Shown: positions 8,751 through 17,466 of the stretch, piece by piece | Layout of the letters: each line of letters opens with the position of its first letter | How positions within the stretch are numbered: position 1 is the stretch's first letter | Virus record (IMG/VR): IMGVR_UViG_3300045282_000203 | Location: 1 to 63,858 of that record | Source: a virus | Lineage: Duplodnaviria; Caudoviricetes | Direction: 5' to 3' (one strand) | Length of the DNA: 63,858 nucleotides | The notes under the pieces: generated by a model | What the model saw: only the letters and a program-made list of their open reading frames with translations | Databases searched by the model: none | Told to the model about the DNA's origin: nothing | Position numbers and translations under genes: made by a program

Positions 8751-8780
8751 ATTATAATACTGTGCAAAGAAGAATAGCAA
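8751..8780 (-). promoter_or_regulatory. Sigma70-like promoter
   Basis: TTGCTA-N18-TATAAT on the - strand in an AT-rich patch; predicted +1 near 8743-8745, the first nucleotides of the closing stem. Confidence 0.75.
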
Positions 8781-8794
8781 CTTTTGTTGAATAC

Positions 8795-8820
8795 CTAAGT
8801 GTTGAGGTTGTAACACTTAG
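8795..8820. promoter_or_regulatory. Inverted repeat upstream of the promoter (operator candidate)
   Basis: CTAAGTGTT-gaggttgt-AACACTTAG. Confidence 0.45.
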
Positions 8821-8986
8821 CGTGATAGCCTACTCGCAACTGGCTCTAGAAGGCCTACTTACAGGGCCTTGTCATCCTTGCCACACCGTGTGCAGGTCAT
8901 CGTGAAGGTGGGCGCCTGGTATGGGCTGATGTGCAGGTGCACTACGTAGTCCCAGCGATGTCCGAGGAAGAAGCAGATGATCCTCT

Positions 8987-9493
8987 TCATAGGTCCGCCT
9001 GGGGAAGTCCTGGGAAGCCCTCGGTGATGTCCTGCACTGGGTGCGGGCCGGTGGGCGCATCATCTTGTGGGTGCTTCTCGATGATCTCGGGAGAGAGATC
9101 CTCAGCGCAAAGATCACTACCGTCTGACTGATCGGTGAGCAACTGCCACGCAACCTCAATATCGTGATCCTCGTAAACGAAGCATGCCATGAGGTGCTTT
9201 GCAGCCTCAGTCATCCGTCGCCGAAGCTCTGCCTCCGCATCACGCGAGGTGGTGAGTCGAGCCTTCAGGGAGCAGACACCGTTGTAGACTCCCACGGCGG
9301 TGATGCCAGCACTGTCTAGAGCAGCTCGGCACAGCTCTAGCTCTTGTGTAGCGCGCTGGTGGTTAGCGAGCTGAGTTCTCATCTCAGCGATGCGGGCGTG
9401 GCCTACGTCGTTGATGAAGCAGCGGAAGCGCTTCTCTGAGAAGCAGTAGCTCATCTCGATGCCGCAGTGTGGGCAGATGTTGTCGCTCATCAT
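8987..9493 (-). CDS. Hypothetical protein (N-terminal Zn ribbon, coiled coil)
   Basis: CPHC..C..H motif; AAGGAG RBS. Confidence 0.6.
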   Translation of the reverse strand: MMSDNICPHCGIEMSYCFSEKRFRCFINDVGHARIAEMRTQLANHQRATQELELCRAALDSAGITAVGVYNGVCSLKARLTTSRDAEAELRRRMTEAAKHLMACFVYEDHDIEVAWQLLTDQSDGSDLCAEDLSPEIIEKHPQDDAPTGPHPVQDITEGFPGLPQADL

Positions 9494-9690
9494 CTCTCCT
9501 TGTTAGATGCTGCGAACGCGAGGAGGGAGTTGCCAATCGCACACCCAAAGATAGTAAAGAGTAACGGCACACCACCCCACCACAGATCGCCTTTCGGTTG
9601 CAGGTGCTCAATCCAGGCCCAGAGCCACATGAGACCAAAGGCAACGACACCGGATAAAACCGAAAGTGTGATTAAGACTCGCTTAGTCAT
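9490..9690 (-). CDS. Small membrane protein (2 TM)
   Basis: MTKRVLITLSVLSGVVAFGLMWLW...GVPLLFTIFG; GAGG RBS. Confidence 0.55.
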   Translation of the reverse strand: MTKRVLITLSVLSGVVAFGLMWLWAWIEHLQPKGDLWWGGVPLLFTIFGCAIGNSLLAFAASNKER

Positions 9691-9691
9691 G

Positions 9692-10420
9692 TCATTCCTC
9701 CCCCGCCACGCGGGCGGCGCGGTAGACCGCTTCTTCAATACGATGAAGCGTGGTTTGATTCACGACGATTGAAGGATCGGCGCAGAGCCTCTCCCATGCG
9801 GCCTCCCGTTCCTCCCACCTCACCCGTTCGTCGTGCTCGGCCAGCGCGGTGGTGGCAGACGCTAAAGCGTCGGGGGCTGGGGCGGAGAGGGCATTCTCCG
9901 CAATGGCCATCCACTCGCAGAGCTTACAGTCAATGTTGCATCCAGGCTCAGCGCCACAGACACGACAAGCACTCACCCGCTCGGCATCGAAGACAGGTTG
10001 CAGCGCCTCCCGCAGCCTCGCGGCGTAGGCTTGGGAGGCGATCAAGTCATCCTGGACGCAGCACGGGCAATCCAAAATCCGAGGGTTGTGCCCGTGGCGG
10101 TCACATACCGTCTGGTGTTCCAGCTCCCGGACCCGCGCTTCCAGCTGCTCGCAGCGTTCACGGAAATCGGTTGGATAACTAAATCGAAGCACCCAATACC
10201 CGTCCTCCCTTTGAACCCACTCTCCGAATCTAATCGAGCGTCCACTCTGCTCAACTTCCACAAAGCGCCATGACTCATGGCTAGGAGGCCCGTCAAACAC
10301 GATGTCGATAGAGCCCCCGAGGGTGGCTGCGAGATGGTTCTGGAGACGCGCAAACTCATCTGTGTAGCATTCGCTTGAGTCTGTCCAGATTGCAGACAGG
10401 GCATCAGATAAATCACTCAT
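9692..10420 (-). CDS. Mosaic hypothetical protein (coiled coil, Cys motifs)
   Basis: Shares DNA modules with the neighbouring gene. Confidence 0.6.
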   Translation of the reverse strand: MSDLSDALSAIWTDSSECYTDEFARLQNHLAATLGGSIDIVFDGPPSHESWRFVEVEQSGRSIRFGEWVQREDGYWVLRFSYPTDFRERCEQLEARVRELEHQTVCDRHGHNPRILDCPCCVQDDLIASQAYAARLREALQPVFDAERVSACRVCGAEPGCNIDCKLCEWMAIAENALSAPAPDALASATTALAEHDERVRWEEREAAWERLCADPSIVVNQTTLHRIEEAVYRAARVAGEE

Positions 10421-11171
10421 CGGCGGCTCCTTTCTTGGCGAATGCGATGTAAAGCTCGTTAACCAGATCAGCGCTCAACGTCACTGGCATACTGTGGTCT
10501 TCCAAGTATTGAAGAGTGAACGCGAGGTTCACTGGGGCCGCATTCTTAGAGAGCGCGGATTCTATCGGTTCCCCAAGCACCCTCCAGTTCCCCACCCTCT
10601 CCAGCGTAGCCTTCAGCTCCTGGTCCTTGGCGGCGAGGGCGGCTTCCACTTCTTCAAGAATGTCCTCTGCCGCTTGGGTGCCAGCCTTCAGGCCAGCAAC
10701 ATCGCACATTGTTCGGAGTACCTTCATCGCTGTGGCCACCTTGGGCAGCGCCTCCCGCAGCCTCGCGGCGTAGGCTTGGGAGGCGAGGGTTTCGTACTCA
10801 AGTGCTTCGGCATCACAATCAAGCTTTTCAACCTCGGCCTTCAAACCATCCCGTTCAGATTCTAGATCCTTGAGATAGGCGACCAGCCCATCAATGGAGC
10901 AATCCGTGCCGCACTCGATACAGCAACCATCTTCATCCATGGGCGCACAGTCAGCGATGTCCGATACAGCGTTACATCCTGGGCAGTGCAAGCAATAAAG
11001 CCGGTAAATGGATAACTCTCTGACGCGGATTTCTAACATGAGGAGAGATTCCTCAGCACTCCGGGCACGAGCCATCGCCTTGAAGGTTTCGTCCTGAGAT
11101 GAAGACAACCGATCCTTGTATGGTTCCAGCTCCCGGACCCGCGCTTCCATCTGCTCGCAGCGTTCACACAT
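10413..11171 (-). CDS. Mosaic hypothetical coiled-coil protein with Zn motif
   Basis: ATG at 11171 after GAGGAGG (alternative GTG at 11231); CPGC..CIEC. Confidence 0.6.
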   Translation of the reverse strand: MCERCEQMEARVRELEPYKDRLSSSQDETFKAMARARSAEESLLMLEIRVRELSIYRLYCLHCPGCNAVSDIADCAPMDEDGCCIECGTDCSIDGLVAYLKDLESERDGLKAEVEKLDCDAEALEYETLASQAYAARLREALPKVATAMKVLRTMCDVAGLKAGTQAAEDILEEVEAALAAKDQELKATLERVGNWRVLGEPIESALSKNAAPVNLAFTLQYLEDHSMPVTLSADLVNELYIAFAKKGAADE

Positions 11172-11227
11172 TGGAATCCTCCTCTTCTTCAGGTGCGAAT
11201 CGTGTGCAGGAAGAGCGCCCGCAAATC

Positions 11228-11710
11228 TCACAGCTCATCGGCGGCTCCTTTCTTGGCTAGTAGGGTAGAGGCGATATTGTAGGCCGCGTTGATCTCACCC
11301 TGGCGTTTGACTTCACGCAAACCACCCTTCAACTCCACCACCCTCTCCAGCGCAGCGGACAGCTTCCGTTCACATGCAGTCAGATCGGCTTGCAAGGCAT
11401 CGCGGTCCTCTTCGAGCGCGTCAAGGTGGCGATTAGCTTTCTCTAGCTCCTGGGACTTGGCGAAGTGGGCGGATTGAGCTCGACCCGCAGCATCTCGGAA
11501 CATCGAGCCCTCGTCAATAGCATCGTCTAGGCATTTATGTAACCGTGCCACCTCAGCCTCCAGCGCATCGGCTCTGGCGATGAGGCTATCCCGCTCGGCT
11601 TCGAGGGCGGCGACATCAGGGTCTGTGCAGAATAGGTGGGAGCCTGAGGATAGCTCATCGCAAGTGGCGCTGTACCGCTTCAGCCTCGGGCGTGGGGTGG
11701 GGTCAGTCGG
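11228..11710 (-). CDS. Hypothetical coiled-coil protein
   Basis: MPTDPT start after GAGGAG; ends AKKGAADEL like its neighbour. Confidence 0.55.
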   Translation of the reverse strand, partial: PTDPTPRPRLKRYSATCDELSSGSHLFCTDPDVAALEAERDSLIARADALEAEVARLHKCLDDAIDEGSMFRDAAGRAQSAHFAKSQELEKANRHLDALEEDRDALQADLTACERKLSAALERVVELKGGLREVKRQGEINAAYNIASTLLAKKGAADEL

Positions 11711-12038
11711 CATGGGGAGACTCCTCAAGGGTCATCACAGCGATGATTACTTTCACGAGAAGCGGTTGTTTTCGGAGGAACCGGATCACAGATGCCGGGA
11801 CCCGCGCATCAAACCGCTTGAGATAGTCGACCGGGACGCCAAGGGCTTCCGCAATCTTGTCCAGCTTGTCCGTGTTTCGGCGGTCGTGCTCCAGGTCGCT
11901 CAGGAAGGGAGCAGAGACCGCCACCTTCTCAGCTAGACGCCGAAGCGTCATGCCCTTGAACTCCCGGAGCCTCCGTACGGCTTCGCCCAAGGTTTCGCAG
12001 CATAGAACAATGTCCGCTTCGGTTGGCCCGCTCATCAC
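11703..12038 (-). CDS. XRE-family helix-turn-helix regulator
   Basis: LGEAVRRLREFKGMTLRRLAEKVAVSAPFLSDLEHDRR..KIAEALGV. Confidence 0.85.
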   Translation of the reverse strand: MMSGPTEADIVLCCETLGEAVRRLREFKGMTLRRLAEKVAVSAPFLSDLEHDRRNTDKLDKIAEALGVPVDYLKRFDARVPASVIRFLRKQPLLVKVIIAVMTLEESPHAD

Positions 12039-12463
12039 GCCCCCTTCCGCTTCTGGTCACTCAGCGGTGCTTCGTTCCCCGTCGCTCCGTTCCGTCGCTT
12101 CTGCTGCACGGCCTTAACGAGGTCCATCACATAGTCGGGGATGGACGCACAGGTTCGGACTTTCCGTAGAACCTCATCCAATTCCGCCAGCTCCCGCTCC
12201 CGTTCCGCCAGCACAGCCTCAAGCTGTTCGGTGTGCTCCTGCTCTGCGATCAGCGCGGCCTTGGTTTCGCGGAGCTGGGCCTCATAGGCATCAAGCAAAC
12301 CCTTTGCAGATGCCGCACCCCTTTCAGAGCATTCACGTTCTTCACGGAGTTGGGCAGCTAGTAGAGTTCCCGCCGCTCGCATGGAGTGCGGGAAGTCGGT
12401 GTCTTTTACACGCTGCTCCCAGGTGTCTTCATCTACGATGGTGATTATAGTCTCTTTCATCAC
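12035..12463 (-). CDS. Hypothetical coiled-coil protein
   Basis: ORF in operon, GGAG RBS. Confidence 0.55.
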   Translation of the reverse strand: MMKETIITIVDEDTWEQRVKDTDFPHSMRAAGTLLAAQLREERECSERGAASAKGLLDAYEAQLRETKAALIAEQEHTEQLEAVLAERERELAELDEVLRKVRTCASIPDYVMDLVKAVQQKRRNGATGNEAPLSDQKRKGA

Positions 12464-12582
12464 TCACTCCAGAAAGGTTCGTTGCGGTAGATTTTCACCG
12501 CGTACGTGAACATCATCAGCGCAGCACCGAGCAGTAGCGCCAGCACCAAGAAGCGTAGATCACTCTTGCTCACGCGTCCTCC

Positions 12583-12867
12583 TCAGTTCGGGTAGCCGGA
12601 GCCACCACAGTCCGGGCAGGGCTGCTCAGTGAGCTTCCACCCCAGCTGCACCGAGATCTTGCCCCTCCCACCGCAGTTCTCACAGGGTCGCTCCTCAGCC
12701 TCAGCGAGAGCCTCCTGGTAGGCGGCGTGCAGCAGCCGGAACCGCTCAGGGTCAACACCGGGGACGGCGTCGGGGTGGTGGAGCAGCGAGAGCTGACGGA
12801 AGGCAGTCTTCACCTCTTCCACCGTGGGTGCAGGACCGAGACCGAGGAGTGCGGTGGCTTTGCTCAC
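12583..12867 (-). CDS. Mini J-domain protein with DnaJ-type Zn finger
   Basis: LLGL...VKTAFRQLSLLHHPD (HPD motif); CENCGGRG, CPDCGGSG. Confidence 0.85.
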   Translation of the reverse strand: MSKATALLGLGPAPTVEEVKTAFRQLSLLHHPDAVPGVDPERFRLLHAAYQEALAEAEERPCENCGGRGKISVQLGWKLTEQPCPDCGGSGYPN

Positions 12868-13355
12868 AGGGGCACCTTTGGTAGGTAAAGAACGGGCTCA
12901 AGGTCCGAGCGTAGATAGAGCGGGTGGCATGGGAAGTCATCCTTCGTCGTGCCGAGGCAGTGCACATCCTTGTGGACGCCGAGAAGGAGCAGCTCGTCCG
13001 CGTTCCGGTGAGAGCCGTGAACACCCCAGGCAGCCACGATCAGGCCCGCCTCGCGGCAGACGTTGAGGGTGACCTGTGCGTGGTCTCGGCCGAAGGGATC
13101 ACTCACCTTCTTCATCTCGGCGGGGTTGGTGGCTCGGTAGCCGAAGAGGTTCACCACGCATACCGCTCCGTAACCCCACCGCTTGGCAAACCCCACGCAG
13201 CGACGGATCGTTGGATCATCTTTCGTCTCGTCCGCGGTCGAGGGGTTGAGGCCGATGAAGACGACGTAGGGCAGCGTCTCGTCCCACGTCCGCCACAGTG
13301 AGTAGCGGTACTTCCGATCGGGCGAGAAGATGGTCTCTCTATCTCTGTGACGCAT
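12864..13355 (-). CDS. DUF1643 family protein
   Basis: YRYSLWRTW, IGLNPSTAD, DDPTIRRC, VNLF, AAWG, HPLY. Confidence 0.85.
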   Translation of the reverse strand: MRHRDRETIFSPDRKYRYSLWRTWDETLPYVVFIGLNPSTADETKDDPTIRRCVGFAKRWGYGAVCVVNLFGYRATNPAEMKKVSDPFGRDHAQVTLNVCREAGLIVAAWGVHGSHRNADELLLLGVHKDVHCLGTTKDDFPCHPLYLRSDLEPVLYLPKVPL

Positions 13356-13563
13356 ACCAGGCCTCCATCTCTTCGGTGGCTGGTGAGAGGACGTGCTGAA
13401 CCACCCTCCACTCACCGCGCTCAAGCACCTCGAGCACCCAGCCGTTGCGCGGCTCCTCGATCTCAGGGTGCTCCTTCGGCACCCAGTACTTCACACCGGC
13501 TTCACGGATGTCGGTGATAGGGTGGCAACACCATCGTACGTTCTCAGCGAGCTTGAGCATCAT
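13339..13563 (-). CDS. Hypothetical protein
   Basis: ORF overlapping its neighbours in the operon. Confidence 0.45.
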   Translation of the reverse strand: MMLKLAENVRWCCHPITDIREAGVKYWVPKEHPEIEEPRNGWVLEVLERGEWRVVQHVLSPATEEMEAWYASQR

Positions 13564-13918
13564 TGACTCCCTTCACCCTCTCACCGTGACGAGCGATGAG
13601 CAGCAACATCCGGTCGGTCCTCTCCTTCAGCGTCTCAGAGTTCTTTTCTTGATCATCATAGAGGAAGCACTGCCACCGGGGAAGGTTCTCGACGAGCTCA
13701 TCACCCTCACCGAACACCACCTTCAGGCACCGGACGTGCGGGTTGAGGTTGAAGATCTTTTTCACGTCGTGGTAGAAGCAGGATCGTGCGGTCTTCGAGA
13801 GTGACCATCGCTCGATGGTGGGCAGCTGCAGGTTCACGTGATAGATGTCACCGAGCTTCTTCCTGGCCTCGGGCAGCAGTGGGTCGCGGTGGTAGGGAAC
13901 GAGCCAGAAGATCTTCAT
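13544..13918 (-). CDS. Hypothetical protein
   Basis: ATGA-coupled ORF. Confidence 0.55.
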   Translation of the reverse strand: MKIFWLVPYHRDPLLPEARKKLGDIYHVNLQLPTIERWSLSKTARSCFYHDVKKIFNLNPHVRCLKVVFGEGDELVENLPRWQCFLYDDQEKNSETLKERTDRMLLLIARHGERVKGVNDAQAR

Positions 13919-14304
13919 GTGAGCAGCTCTCCTATCTTCTTCATCTCCTCAAGCACATCCTCTCTCGTGAGAGTACTGCCATCGGCATGATGAGGACCCA
14001 TGCTCATGAAGAGATCAAGCATCTCTTTTCGCACGGTGTTGTCGAACACCAGAAAGGCCTCGGCTGGACCGATCAAGCGCACGTGAGTGGTTGACGGGTC
14101 ACAGAGGGTGCCGGTGGCTTTGAGAACGAGATGCACATCACCTCGCGTGTCGGTGTCGAACCTCAGCACGCGCTCTTGGAGTTGAAGCTGGTCAATCTCA
14201 AAGTCCTGTGGTCGTGCACTAGCGATCGCCTCCCTTATGTCACGGTTGGTGTCGCAGAGCGCACACTCGTTCTCCTGGTTGCCGTGCCGGCAGCGTGGGC
14301 TCAT
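13915..14304 (-). CDS. Hypothetical protein
   Basis: AAGGAG RBS; CRHG..CALC. Confidence 0.55.
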   Translation of the reverse strand: MSPRCRHGNQENECALCDTNRDIREAIASARPQDFEIDQLQLQERVLRFDTDTRGDVHLVLKATGTLCDPSTTHVRLIGPAEAFLVFDNTVRKEMLDLFMSMGPHHADGSTLTREDVLEEMKKIGELLT

Positions 14305-14477
14305 GGTGTCTCCTTGTCTTTGAGAAGTGCGAAGCAGGTGGCTCGACCGAGGGAGAATGGGAGGACGGTCGGTCCGACGATGAGAGCCGCACAGAGCGCG
14401 AATATGTCACTACCGAAGATCTGATACACGAACCCCACCGAGAAGAGGTAGTAGGTGATGATCAGCAGCTCACTCAT
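14301..14477 (-). CDS. Small membrane protein (58 aa)
   Basis: MSELLIITYYLFSVGFVYQIF...; ATGA coupling at both ends. Confidence 0.5.
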   Translation of the reverse strand: MSELLIITYYLFSVGFVYQIFGSDIFALCAALIVGPTVLPFSLGRATCFALLKDKETP

Positions 14478-15382
14478 AGCAACACCTCCTTCATCTGATC
14501 TTGCTGAAGCTTAACAGCCACACCATCAACCACAACCGTTCGCAGGACTCGGGGATCCGCACGGCACTCGTTCTGGTAGGTCTTCCGGAGCTGGACCCAG
14601 CCACGCAGGTTGCCCTGGAGCTGAGGGAGCGTGATGATGTCCTCTGCGGTCGGTACCTTGGCGATGTGCTCGAAGGCGCTCCAGTGCCCAGAGTCACGCA
14701 AGCGGTCGTGGAGCTGAAGGTCCTTCTCTAGGCTCGGAGGTCCATCGAAGCTCTCGTAGGAGAGCCGGGCAGCGCGGGCCACCGCCACGCGAATCTTAAC
14801 GTCTTCAGGCCACGCAGGATCCATCGAGTTGCCGAAGGGGACGTGCCACTCACCGGGCTGGAGCACCTGCGGCAGGCTCTCGTTGTAGAGTGACAGCATC
14901 AGGCTCGCCAGGGCGCTGAAGGTGGGATCCGCGTCAGGGTGGGCGCGCAGGGCGAAGAAGTTGTGGTGCCCACTCTCTACCATGGTAAAGAGCACGGTGA
15001 TGTGAGACCAGGGCTCAGTGATGCGGTTGATCACCTGCTTGTGGGCGCCAAGAGCGATCATCTGCTCAGCGATGTTGACGATCTTGTTTCCCGCGCTGTG
15101 CCAGAGATTCTCCACTCGCTCTTGGATGGCGGGACTCAGCTCTTCCTCAGCCTGCATCCCCGGCTGGTTCTTCCCCCAGTGGGTGGGCGCGGCCGGGTTG
15201 TCTAAGATAGCCTGGACCCGCTTCTTCGAGGGGATCGCTCGGCTGCTGGAGGCGTTCCGGCTGGCCTGCCGGTGAGTCATGAGCTCGGAGTGGATGAACC
15301 GTGGGTAGGTCAGGAGCCACGTAGTCAGGCGGTGGTCTCCGCTGGCTTGCACGGAGTCGAGGAGGACCTTGGCCTCGATCAT
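14474..15382 (-). CDS. thyX: Flavin-dependent thymidylate synthase
   Basis: YPRFIHSELMTHRQASRNASSSRAIP (ThyX motif), HKQVINR, HWSAFEH. Confidence 0.9.
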   Translation of the reverse strand: MIEAKVLLDSVQASGDHRLTTWLLTYPRFIHSELMTHRQASRNASSSRAIPSKKRVQAILDNPAAPTHWGKNQPGMQAEEELSPAIQERVENLWHSAGNKIVNIAEQMIALGAHKQVINRITEPWSHITVLFTMVESGHHNFFALRAHPDADPTFSALASLMLSLYNESLPQVLQPGEWHVPFGNSMDPAWPEDVKIRVAVARAARLSYESFDGPPSLEKDLQLHDRLRDSGHWSAFEHIAKVPTAEDIITLPQLQGNLRGWVQLRKTYQNECRADPRVLRTVVVDGVAVKLQQDQMKEVLL

Positions 15383-15597
15383 AGCACCTCCTTCACGTAG
15401 CCCTGCTGCATGAGAGCGAAGCGCAAGAACCCATCGGTGGAGCAGTGCACGGTGGCGCAGCCCTTCTCGTCGAAGGCCACCTGACCGTCCTCACCTCTCA
15501 CCAGCCACGCGCTCCCGGCGAGTTGACGGATGGTGACGTCGGTGGCCTCGGCCGCATGCTGCTCGTTGCTGTGCAGCCTGACCTTGAAGGACTTCAT
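15379..15597 (-). CDS. Hypothetical protein
   Basis: ATGA-coupled ORF. Confidence 0.55.
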   Translation of the reverse strand: MKSFKVRLHSNEQHAAEATDVTIRQLAGSAWLVRGEDGQVAFDEKGCATVHCSTDGFLRFALMQQGYVKEVL

Positions 15598-15875
15598 CGC
15601 GCCACCTTCTCTTCTATCTGTTCACGTACTCGTGCTGCCACCGCCTTGATGTGGTGGGCCACCGCGTAGCAGAGCTCTCGCTCGGCGGGAGTGGCGATCC
15701 GGATGGCGGGGCGGATGAGGTGCTCTTCCTCGTTGAAGCCGACCGGTCGCTTGGTGATCCACCACCTGACCGCTGCCTCCACGATCTCTTTCTCTGTCGG
15801 GTGCACGTGACCTCCTCTGAGTTTAAACAACACCACCGAGCCCCTCACCATGAGAGGCCCGGTGGATGTGGTTAC
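15594..15875 (-). CDS. Hypothetical protein (start uncertain)
   Basis: ORF filling the operon gap. Confidence 0.45.
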   Translation of the reverse strand, partial: VTTSTGPLMVRGSVVLFKLRGGHVHPTEKEIVEAAVRWWITKRPVGFNEEEHLIRPAIRIATPAERELCYAVAHHIKAVAARVREQIEEKVAR

Positions 15876-16453
15876 TTCGTGTCGTGCTTCTCGAGTGTGG
15901 CCACCAGACGATCGATGTACCACTTTGCCTTCTTCGAGTCCTTGAGCGCCTCGCCCTTGAAGGGCAACCGCCAGAGGTAGCCGATGATCGTGGCGCGGAG
16001 GTGGCTCACGAAGCCGTCATGACCAAGGGCGGCCTCTTGCGCGTCGATGCACTCGATCTCACCCCGGGTGTAGTGGGACGGGTGGTTGATCAAGTCCTCT
16101 TTGGCCTCGGCCGCTCTGCGACTCGCCCAACCGATGAAGTCGCCCTCATCGTGATCCATGCACTCAGGTTTTCGATCGAACTTAGGACTCGCTTGAAACT
16201 GAGGCGCGGCGCATCCACGAGTGAGAGAGGCATCGATCTTCGCACCCTCTTCAGCGAGTCTGTCCACGTAAGCGTCAGAGGCAAGCTTCGGGAGGATCAC
16301 CACCTCTGTGCCCTTGAGCGGACCCTCAAGCACGGTGAACTTGCGGTGATCATCAGGGTTGACTCTGATCCTCGGCGAGAGCGCCTTCTGCCGCTCGCTG
16401 CGAGACGGTTTCATCGGTGCTCGAGGGTTCTTCTTGACGGCGCTGGCCATCAC
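15872..16453 (-). CDS. DUF3310 (SaV-like) domain protein
   Basis: INHPSHYTRGEIECID...YLWR..KG..LKDSKKAKWYIDRL. Confidence 0.85.
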   Translation of the reverse strand: MMASAVKKNPRAPMKPSRSERQKALSPRIRVNPDDHRKFTVLEGPLKGTEVVILPKLASDAYVDRLAEEGAKIDASLTRGCAAPQFQASPKFDRKPECMDHDEGDFIGWASRRAAEAKEDLINHPSHYTRGEIECIDAQEAALGHDGFVSHLRATIIGYLWRLPFKGEALKDSKKAKWYIDRLVATLEKHDTK

Positions 16454-16888
16454 TCACCGCCCTTTCTTCTTCGCGGGCTTCTTCACGGGAGCCTTCTTGG
16501 CAGTTGCCTTCTTCGTCGGCGGGGCCGCCTTCTTGGCAGGGGGAGGAGCGGGCTTCTTCACCGCCTTTGCGACGGCATTGTCCTTCTCCTTCTTAGGGTC
16601 AGGTTTGGGCTTCTGCTTGGCCGCCTTCTCAGCCTTCTTTGCCTCCTTATCGATGATCGTGAGGCCCTCAGGCATCTCGAAGTCTTCCTTGTTGTCCACA
16701 GCCTCGAGGAGACCGTTGAGGAAGGCGAGGAGGACGGGCTTCGCTGACTTCAGCTCCACCGGGTCGATCTCCACGTCCTTCTTCTTGACATCCCTCTCCT
16801 CGACCATGGCCTGGCGGAAGGCCCTTGCTTCCCCACCCGTGCTAGCGAGACGGACGCAGCCGGTGGTCTTCACCATGTACATGCGCAT
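16454..16888 (-). CDS. Protein with histone-H1-like Lys/Ala/Pro tail
   Basis: C-terminal KKPAPPPAKKAAPPTKKATAKKAPVKKPAKKK. Confidence 0.65.
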   Translation of the reverse strand: MRMYMVKTTGCVRLASTGGEARAFRQAMVEERDVKKKDVEIDPVELKSAKPVLLAFLNGLLEAVDNKEDFEMPEGLTIIDKEAKKAEKAAKQKPKPDPKKEKDNAVAKAVKKPAPPPAKKAAPPTKKATAKKAPVKKPAKKKGR

Positions 16889-16892
16889 GTGG

Positions 16893-17087
16893 CTACTCCT
16901 GACCAGCGGGAGCGAGCTTGGCCTCGAACTTCTCGATCTGCTTGTCCAGCTTCTCGATCGTCTTGCCGCTCGCAGCCGAGGCCTTCTCGTACTGCTTGGT
17001 GAGGGAGGCGAACTCCTTCTCAGCCGCCTTCTTCTCGCCCTGGAGCTGCTTGAGCGAGGCCTTCAGTTCCTTCGTGTTCTGAGCCAT
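16893..17087 (-). CDS. Small coiled-coil protein
   Basis: AAGGAG RBS; Lys-rich helix. Confidence 0.6.
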   Translation of the reverse strand: MAQNTKELKASLKQLQGEKKAAEKEFASLTKQYEKASAASGKTIEKLDKQIEKFEAKLAPAGQE

Positions 17088-17140
17088 GAGAGGCTCCTTC
17101 GTAGAGTGGCTCGGCGCACGGGCCGGAGCCGGGTTAAGAC

Positions 17141-17413
17141 TTAATCGAGCACATCAGTTAGCTTTTTCCAACCGTTCTCTTTTGCCCATTCGATGAGATC
17201 ACTGGTAGAACACTCATCAGGCTTTGGTTGGGCGCGCACGTCAGGTAACCTCTTCACAGAGTCGTGGATGATGTTGATGAGGTACTCACGACACTTGATG
17301 CAGAGATCGACGGTGGCGTCGTGCTGAGCCACCGAGGACTCGGGGCAGGTGAGCAGGATACGGAGCTGAAGCTCACGGGTGACGGGACGAGAGCAGCGAT
17401 CACAGCTGAACAT
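17141..17413 (-). CDS. Zn-finger hypothetical protein
   Basis: CDRC...DLCIKC; AAGGAGG RBS. Confidence 0.6.
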   Translation of the reverse strand: MFSCDRCSRPVTRELQLRILLTCPESSVAQHDATVDLCIKCREYLINIIHDSVKRLPDVRAQPKPDECSTSDLIEWAKENGWKKLTDVLD

Positions 17414-17466
17414 AGTGGCCTCCTTACGGGTTCAGGTTCATACGAGGGGTACCCTGACGCGTCATC

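Noticed and set aside
10000-11257. Diversity-generating retroelement or CRISPR mini-array from the repeats
   Set aside because: No reverse transcriptase, no adenine-specific mismatch pattern and no regular spacing.
11703-12038. Lysogeny module
   Set aside because: The XRE regulator is short, has no peptidase domain, sits mid-operon, and no integrase or partition genes were recognised.
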